Source of the DNA: Euglena gracilis
Taxonomy: Eukaryota
Direction: 5' to 3'
Length of the DNA: 64,000 nt
Assembly (NCBI GenBank): GCA_039621445.1
Contig: CP154954.1
Location: 38,177,703-38,241,702, forward strand
The translations under genes were made by a program, and so were the position numbers. Below the pieces are notes generated by a model. The model did not search any database. It was not told where the DNA came from and saw nothing but the letters and a program-made list of their open reading frames with translations. Each line of letters opens with the position of its first letter. The stretch's first letter is position 1. Positions 38,295-47,200 of this stretch are shown here, in pieces.

Positions 38295-41200
38295 CAGAGA
38301 AGCTGCACAGGAGATGGCGGAGAGGATGTGATGGAAAGACTGGGGAGGGTTGATCCCACCCACCACCCATGGGTTTTGGGGATGCCATACAGCTTGCAGA
38401 GAGGGCAAAAAGGAGAGTAAGTGTCACCCCCTTTCTTTTGGTTTTTTTGTTTTTCCCTTTGAAGCAGGCATTTGCTTAAGGACCCCGGGACTCACTTAAT
38501 CGTGCTGGTTCGCGATTATTCGTGTCACTGGGAAACCCTGGGCGCAGTAAATGACACTGCACATATGCGTACCGCCGCCCTTGCTCAGCTGCGATGTGCC
38601 GCCCTCTGCGCTGTTCCGCTGAGCAGTGCCGGCTCCGCCCGCTGCCGTACCAGAGCTCTCGCCGTCAGCACTGACCCCACCACCACCAGGCACCTATAGT
38701 CAAGCCCCGAAATTTTTCCATTTTAAGCCATTTTGACCTGTAGGTGGGGGACCATAACTTCGAAAAAGAATTATTTAGACCATAACTTTGGATCTCCATT
38801 CAAGAAAGCACACTGCACATCCTCGTTCAGAGCCCTTCAATTACCTTCACACTTTCTTCATCTGAATAACTGCAATGGGAAATGGCTGGACCAACCTGAT
38901 GGCCGATTTTTTTTGCAAATATTGCAACAAGAACAGCAAAGCAAACAATATAAAACAACAGCGACCTGTGTGCTTATCCAGAAGAGAGGCCCAACAGTCC
39001 TTTGTTGCGGTAAGCAAATGCAAGGGTTCGAGGATAGCCTTCTTTGCTTTTGATTATTATTTTGATAAAGCTGCTCGATTGTTTTGGAAAAATACACAAC
39101 AGCACGAACCTAAATGCAATAAATCTGAAACAAATTCGCACATCCAAAAGCATTGGACACATCGTTTGGGTTTAATAAAAATTTTCACAGAAAACAGGAA
39201 CTGTGGGAGGAAAACAATCCATACCGACAGACAACGGTGGCCTTGCTGTGCTCCTCCACCATCGTCCAACGGTCACAAAAAAATTACTTCTTGCGGAAAA
39301 AAATTCTCATTTCAGGCCACGTTAGGCCAGTTTGGGCCATTTCAGCTCTAGGTGCCTGCCCACCGCCGCTCCCCAGGGCGGAGCTGCCGCCGCTGCTCGA
39401 CCCAGGGCGGTACACCGGCAGCCGCCCAGTCCCGCTCGCCTGCGACGCTGCAACCGCCGGCGGCGCGCCCCCCGGCCCTGCTGGCCACAGGGAGCAGCGG
39501 CCGGGGGGGGAGGGGAGGCACCACAATGCCCGGGCACCCGTTCTCTGGAGAATTCCTGGCAGGAAAGCAGCCCCGTCACCCGGCCACAGCCTGCGTTGCG
39601 GCTGCCGAGCATGGCAGGGTGACGACTGGTAGCCGGGAGAACCGACCAACCCGGCCCCACCGGCCCCCTCCCTTTTGCAGGGCTCCGGTTCCTCCCTGGG
39701 TGTGGGCATATGCTCCACGCTCCACGCAGTGCCAAGCGTTCCTGCGATGGCAACCAGCGCATGAGGGGGGGGGTAGCAGCACACAAGACACCCACCCGAG
39801 AACAGCAAATGTGCTACATGAAGATGGGGAGAGTGTTGGGGGATTGGCAGGGAAATCAACAAAGTGGGAGGGGAGGGTGCCCGCCCCTCCCCTCCTACGG
39901 AGAAAAAAAATGGGACAAAGCACAGGAAAACTCTTGCCCAAAATGCTTTAAAAATACAAAATAATTATACCAAAAAATACGTGCCGAAAAAAATTCGCCA
40001 GAACCCTCCCCCTGAGGAAAAACAAAGCCAACGCACGCTTTACACCCAGGTGGAAAAGCTTTCAGCTCCGCAAAATGTGGGGGACCCGGCTATTGGTTGA
40101 TGGATCATGTCAATGGCCCAGTAATCTGACTATTTCTTTGCCACACTGGCACACAGGCAGCCACCAGCCAGCGCCACACACCTGCCGCACCGTACCGGAG
40201 GCTGGAGCCCTCTCCCTCCCCCTCCCCCTCCAGCACCGCCTCGTCCTCCTCCCCCTCCTCCTCACCGTCGTCCTCTTTCTCCGTGTGGCTGGAGACGCCC
40301 ACTGCGCCAGAGCCGCCGGGGCCGGGCTGCACCCGGCCCCCCTGCCGCACGCTGCCGTGCGCCGGCAGCCCGTGGCGGTTCGCCGTGAGGTTCGCCACGC
40401 TGGGCCGGCTGCGCACCACGATGACGTCGTCGTCCATCGGGAGCTCCGCCGGCAGCCGGCCAAACGGGGTCGGCGCCGGGATCCAAAGCCCTCGTTTGCC
40501 TCCGGCGTCCCCTGGGTGTGGCGGCAAAGGACCCAAGGACGAGCCACACGACGGCGGGGGAGCACTCACACGGTTCTGCTTCCCCAGTCACATACCGGTG
40601 CTCTGCCATCGCATGGACGTTGCCTCCACCGCGGCATATCCAGGGAAGGCTTCTTTTTACCAACCCCAAAGGGAGGGCAGTGCAATGGGGTGCCTGTGCA
40701 AAGCAGGCATTTACCCCAAAACCCAACCCCTCGGGAGGGGTCAAAAGTACCGTCCCCACTGGCTGCCCGCAGCACCCCCCTGATGGGGGGCAACTTTCCT
40801 TAAAGAGAAGCCTGGTCCGGGGTACTCAGCCCCGTCCGCTGCGCCGCGCAGGCCCCGGAACGCCACCGGCCGGCCGGGGCGCCTCTTGGGGTGGGTGGGG
40901 AAGAAGTCGTCCATGGCGACGAGGGCCTCCTTCGGCAGCGGGGCGGGCGGGGTGGCCGCCAGCTTCCAGGAGGCGAAGGGGCTCATCCCTGGGGGAGACG
41001 GGGGGCTGCCGGCAACACAGCAGAAGGGTGTTCCGGTGTTCCGGCAAAGTGCTCGGAACTCTACCATACCCGAGGAGGAGCAAATGCTCGAGTGCGGGCA
41101 CAGCACTCCAGCGTCCAGGCCACGGCACACCAGGGGTTGATGGGGCAGCGCTCCCCGGGAGACCGGTGTGCCCGGCGGTGCCTCGAGGGGTGAGGGACGA

Positions 41201-44200
41201 CGGCTTAGGGGAGACGGCGAGGCCTTGGTAGGCAGATTGTTTGGCTGGGGCCCAAGGGAAGTGAAGTTGCAAGCAGCGCCATGCAGCACTCCTGTCGGCT
41301 CCCCTGCTGGATCCACGTACACGGGTCGGTTGAGGTCAAGCATCATCGTCAACGTACCTGAAGGCCAGAGCAATATGTGGCACAAATGGAAAAATCGCAT
41401 CCATGGTTTTGTGCATAATTTTGTGGCGAAAAAAACTTTGGTGGATTCAATAAAACAGCAGAAACAGGGGCACTCATTAAGCCTTTACAGACAGTCAGGC
41501 AGCAGCCACAAATGAACTCCGGGGAAGACGTGGCTGCCATCCCCCTTGCTTCCTCTCAAGGGCCCAACAGAACATAACCCTTACATTCGCCAGAATTTTC
41601 CCCGTGTCTTTGACTCCAGTCGGTGAGTTGTATTCCTCTGAAGAAAACTGGTGGTTGCCCTGTAATTGGTGATCCCAAGTGGAATCCCAGCCACCAGACA
41701 CCCCAAACCCCCCAAAATAAGGCCCTGGGTCTATGTTTTCCGTTGCTGAAAATCCCAATGGTCTCCTCTTTGGACTTTTGCTGAAAAAGCGGGGAAAAAA
41801 AAGCCTTCCCGCGGGAGGTGGTCAAATTTTGGCAATGATTGAAAAATTGTCTCAAAAAGGCCAAATTTGACACATTCAAAATGGGCAAAAATCAAATAAA
41901 AATCCCACAAATCATTTTGGGGGCATTTTCACGGTTTCAGGGGGTGCAGCCTTTGGATTTTCCCCCCAATAAAAAATCCCGGGGGGGGGGGTCTTATTTT
42001 TGGAGGATGTTTAGTGTTTTTTTTTTGGATGTTTGCTGAAAAGTGGCAGGGGGGGTCCTATTTGGGGGGGGGGGGGGGGTTAGAGAGCGTAAAAAAATGC
42101 TGGCCAAATTGGTTTGCTCCTTTCGGGCTGGAAACTCATTCCAATGGCTTGCTTTATTGTTATTAAACAGTTCTCATTACTCATCAGCCTTGGAAAGCAC
42201 TTTTTCGGGACCCATTTTCGCATTTTTCGGTCCTATTTTGGGACTTGGCTTCACTAAACTGGGAATAACTCGAGGTGGGAGTTTGGATTAATATCATGGT
42301 TCTTGAGATAACCAGGACCAAATGGAAAGTGCCCCCCCCCCAAAAAACCGTCCTGGGGTTGGGATTTGGTCCATATCAGGGATTCCAGCAAAACGACTGC
42401 AAAAACATACAAGAAACATATGTGATCTTCATCCCCGGACTTTGATTTTTCGACCCAACAGGGCTTCGGTTGCCCCCCCCCCCCCGAGGGCCTAGCTTAG
42501 CGGTTGGAAAGTTTTGGTTGGTTGTTGGCTGGAAAAAGGCTGCTGGCTGACCCCCTCCCCCCCCCTTAGGGTCAGGGTCAAACCGGGAACCAGGTACCAA
42601 AAAATCAAAACTGAAAAAAAATGCCCCAAAAACTACCAGGTGTGAGGGAAAATAAAATTTTGGTCCAAATGGCTGGCTTCTCAAGAGCTATTTTTGGGCT
42701 GCTGGCAGTGGATGGGTCCCCATTTCACCAGTTTTCACGTTTGAAATCACGCAGCCATTGAAATGCACCCAAAGGGAATCCATTTCATTGCCCCCCTTTG
42801 CATTGTGCAAACCTTGAATCTGATCATTATCTTTCCATGCCAAATTGTATTTCTGCCATTCTGCAATCCCGCGGTGGTGCCACGCAGTACAAGCTGCCAC
42901 ATTTCACTGTGAAACACCTGTGCTCGCAACTCGGGGAGATGATTTGGGACGGCTCTGAGTAACGTCGGGTGCTACCATTTTTTCACTTTGTTTCTGCGTC
43001 TGAAAATTCACTTGCACTTGGGTGTGAAAATTTACTTGGCACACTGTGTTAGTTCAAAGCTGGTCAGGGTCGTCCAGGTTTGGTTCAGCCCAGCTGGGCA
43101 CACCCATTGGCTGATTTTGGGCCGTCTGCATCGCCACCTCCACCTCCTGGGCAGCCAGCACGTGGTGGGCCGTGGGGAGCTGCACCACCGCAGAGGACAG
43201 CGGAGCGTCCGCATCGTCCAGGAGGGCGATGTGGAGAGAGCGATCCGGGTCTGGAGGGGCAAGAGGCACCATGAGACGGGGGCCGGGAAAGCCCAGGCAG
43301 AACAGGGGCAAGGGGGGATTTGCTCCCCGATTGGGCCTGCTGCAAGCCAAAGTTGTGCTGGCTGGTGGCAAGGCTTTGGCCAAACAGCAAGAAGGAAATA
43401 CACGTAAAATTATGTGTTGGTTAAAAAAAAAAATAATGTCTGGCATTTACAATGCTTGCGCATCACATGTGGATGTTGCAGAAAGGAGTCCCTCAGTCTC
43501 AGGTCCAAAAGTGGCTCCTTCACCGCCTGAATGAACACAAAACATTCCAGCCAATAACTCGAAGAGTCTGCTTTCAAAAAAGGGAGGCAGAGAAGGCAAT
43601 CAAAGATTAACAGCTGTAGAATTCACCAACAATGGGCGTATGCGGGGACACACCGTCGGCGCGTAACCGCATATCGATGAGCCCCATCCAGTGGGCCTGT
43701 GCCTTGCCTTGGGCCGACTGCTGCAGCACCTGCCCATGACAGAAGAGACGGAGGGAGGGCCAAACCAAGCCAAGCCGTCCCGCGGCAACCTCGGCAGCGC
43801 GAGCTGGCACACCACCGACGGGGGGGTCGTTCGGGTCTCGGCGTTGGTCTTCATTTGCAGCCGCAGGGGACCGTTGGAGGGGATGGGTCCATCCAACTCA
43901 ATGGTCAGGGTCTCCACCAAAACCTTGAGTCGTTGAATGGGTTCTGAGAAAAAGAGCACATGGGAGACATGCCTGGGGGAGGGGGAGCGCAACAAGGAAC
44001 CTCAAAATATGCAACGCAAAAATGGAAAAAATGCCAAAAAATGTGGGCTCATTGTTGAATCCTGTCAGACCCAGGGTATGTGTAGCCATACATTTAATGA
44101 GTTTATGCTGAAAACCTACCAAAGCACTTTGAATGTTTAACCACTCTCACTTTTTCCAATCATATGCAATGCATGCATCGCCAAAAGAAAACACAAACCG

Positions 44201-47200
44201 CAAACTTGCTGTGGCCAGATTGATCTGACTTCCAGAACGGGGAAAAACTGACCAAGAACAATTGCCGTTGGGAAAAATTCTGCCAGGCTTAAATTGCGGG
44301 GAAATTCCTGGATACCGGCTTAAAATGGCCGTGAAAGACCCACGTTTTCAGGGAAACGTAAGAGAATTCACACCAAATCCTGAGGTTTTTCCCAAAATCC
44401 TAGACAGAAAATTGGTAAAAAATTTTACTCCAATTTTTTGTGATTTTGAACAAAAATACATTGCAAGGTGCAGTGCCGAAGAAAATTTTGGGCATTCACT
44501 GGAGAACTTTTTTTTAAATTTGCCGGGAAAAATCCTGGATCGACCTTAAAATGGCAGGGAAAATCCCGGACAAAATTTCGACCACAATTTTTCCCACAAC
44601 ATTTTTTCCCGTTCAAGTTTTTCCCCTCCCCAGCAGTGCATGCACAATAATTTCATTCCGAAAACAACTGACATGCGAAATTATTCCCAAAACAGCCAAC
44701 CTGGCACAAAAATGGTTATTTTTTATTAATTATTTAGATTATTAGTTATTTTCATCCCAAGAGCCCCAAAAAATCCTTCGGCACTTCGTGCTTCGTGGCC
44801 ATGCTTAAACTGGTTCGTATGCCATCACACACAGGGTTCGATATAAGGGTGGGGGTCCTACAGTCATCCGTAGGCGTCCAAAATTCTCCTCATCATTTTA
44901 CAGCTAACAGCCACTTTTAATGGCTGAATTAGTCAAAACAACGGCTCGAGAGTGGCATAAATGATGACTCAAGGCGGGCGCAATTAATGACTGTGGTAGG
45001 ACAGATTCACTGGCTTCTGTGTGACATGAATAGTGTCCCCAAGAGGATAAAAATAATGGTACTGAGATCACACAAATGATGTCCGGACAAAAATAACGTG
45101 AAAAAATGACGGGGAAAATGATGGGAAAAAAAGACCTCATTTTGTAACCCCCATTCCCTACTTGAGAGGGGGTTACTCGGGACCCCCCCCCAAAAAATCA
45201 TTTTTTTTCCCGTGCCACTCACACCCCTGCTGGAGGGAAACATGTTGAACAATCAGTCAGGGAAATTGACAAGATCACACAACAAATCACAAGCACCCAA
45301 ATTGCAAAGGAAATAAAAAAAAGCTGAAAGCCGGATTTTCGATCTCAGATCTCAGAAAAAGCAATGAATCAACGATGGAAGGAGGATTGGAACCTGAAAA
45401 TCCATACCGAAAAACGGTGGGGTGAAATTGTTGGCTTTCACTGGCAGCAATTGGATTCATTTAAAAACTGGCTGGGAAAAATCCTGGACGGATCCTTTGA
45501 AAGCCGCAGAGAATCCTGGGCTGCACATTCGGCCGGCACGAAACACAAAGACATGAACCTTCAGACAGAATGAGCTGGAGCACCTAACAAAAGCTGGCAC
45601 CTGATGGGGGCCGAAAATCAACGTTTGGATCTCGACTGCTTGGTTGAGATGGAGAAGACAATCGCACCTGTTGAAAGAAAGTGGGTGCAATTGTGGAGCC
45701 ACTCCACAAAATATTCAATGCACAAAAAGCCCCTCCAAATATACACCATAATTCCACAAAGAATACCCCCCCCCGAGGACCGGTTGGATGCACAAATAGC
45801 AAGCCCCCATCATGCTGAAATGCAATCAAAGGGGAAAGAGAGATGGCATGTAATGAACCTCACAGAACCCCCCCACACACTGCACCCCCCACACACACAT
45901 TGTTGCTCCACTCACCCTTCCCGCATGCCCCCACACTTGGAAATGAAGTTGTTCTTTAGGCATTTTTTTTTGGAGGGAACCCTTACTTGTGCAACATACC
46001 ACGCCTGCCCCCCCACAGTTGCCCACATGTTCCCCCCCCCCGCCCAACACACCCAATAGGATTTCAGTTTGGAGAGGTCAGGTTTAAAAAGGAAAAAATG
46101 GAGATGAGGACCTGGCTGCTTCCACTTGGTAAAGAACTAATTGCTGGGAGGTCGACAGCTGCTTTCCGAACGAACCTACAACGGCGCAAAAGAGTCAACC
46201 CGGTTGACTGGCAGAGAGCAACAATCATCCGAATGACTGAGAATGATTGATATTGAAAACAGTGGCATCCCCCTTCGCTTCAGGAAAATTTGGCACAAAA
46301 CATGGCAACGTGAAGATTTTGCGGTTTAGTTCGCAAGCTGAGTCTCGAAACATGTGCAGGAAGAAACAGGAAGAGGAAGAAACACACAACGAAATGTGGC
46401 GATAACAATTCCAGAGAACCCCCACAAAGAACCAGCACCTCAGGTGGAAAGCGTTAGAAACACTGAGGGGTTGAGTGTGCCGCCTTGGACACCTTTTTGA
46501 TGGACCAGAAGGCAAATGGGTCCCAACCAAAGCCCAGATGTCCACACCACCAGACCACAAAAACCTCTGGTTTAAAAATAAACCTTCAGAAACTTCTTTG
46601 ACAAGCAGAACTGGACCATGGCCAGCAGCATGTTTTCGAAAAATGGCCAGTTTCCTTGGACCTTATCACATTTGGTCGATGGGAACATTATGCATCTATC
46701 CCTTTTTTTTTTGCGCCGTCTGCATGGCAGGTGCTCGCACAGCGGACCCGTTTGCCACAGGCAACAATCACGGTGCGAATCACAAAAAAACCCTATTTTG
46801 CCTGGAACCCATCTTGATCATTGATTCAACCACCAAAAGCCTTTTTTAAAAAAGATACCAGATGTTATGGTCGTTTTTCGAATAAATATGTTAAAAAAAA
46901 TGGGTGAAAAACAAGCAAACTTTTGCAATAATGGGCAAAGAATCCCAGCCTGCCTCCACGAAGGTTGAGGGCATACCGATGTGTTGTTTCTAGGAGTATG
47001 CGATTGAGCTGGTGGGCAACGATTGGCCTTTCTGACAGTGCACGTTGGTGCGAAGGTGTTGAACAGGTTGTGGGCTGCATCAACTGCACGTGCAAATTTG
47101 AATTTGTCGGGGGGGGTTGATAAATGATTCGGGGGGTTGATAAATGATACATTTGCAATCTGAGTTCCATCAGTCCAAACCAAACAACCTGGAAGACAAA

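Noticed and set aside
37999-38427. Poly-His/Asp/Ser/Ile ORFs
   Set aside because: Translations of an intronic (ATG)27 microsatellite
38694-39363. Conventional GT-AG intron (G|gtgggc...ctatag|)
   Set aside because: Gives a frameshift and TGA; the TIR-based junction restores the paralog-like frame
40867-41005. Alternative frame PPVSPRDEPLRLL... with donor at 40866
   Set aside because: Fits phases without correction but has poorer GC3 and ignores the in-frame mini-exon; disfavoured, not excluded
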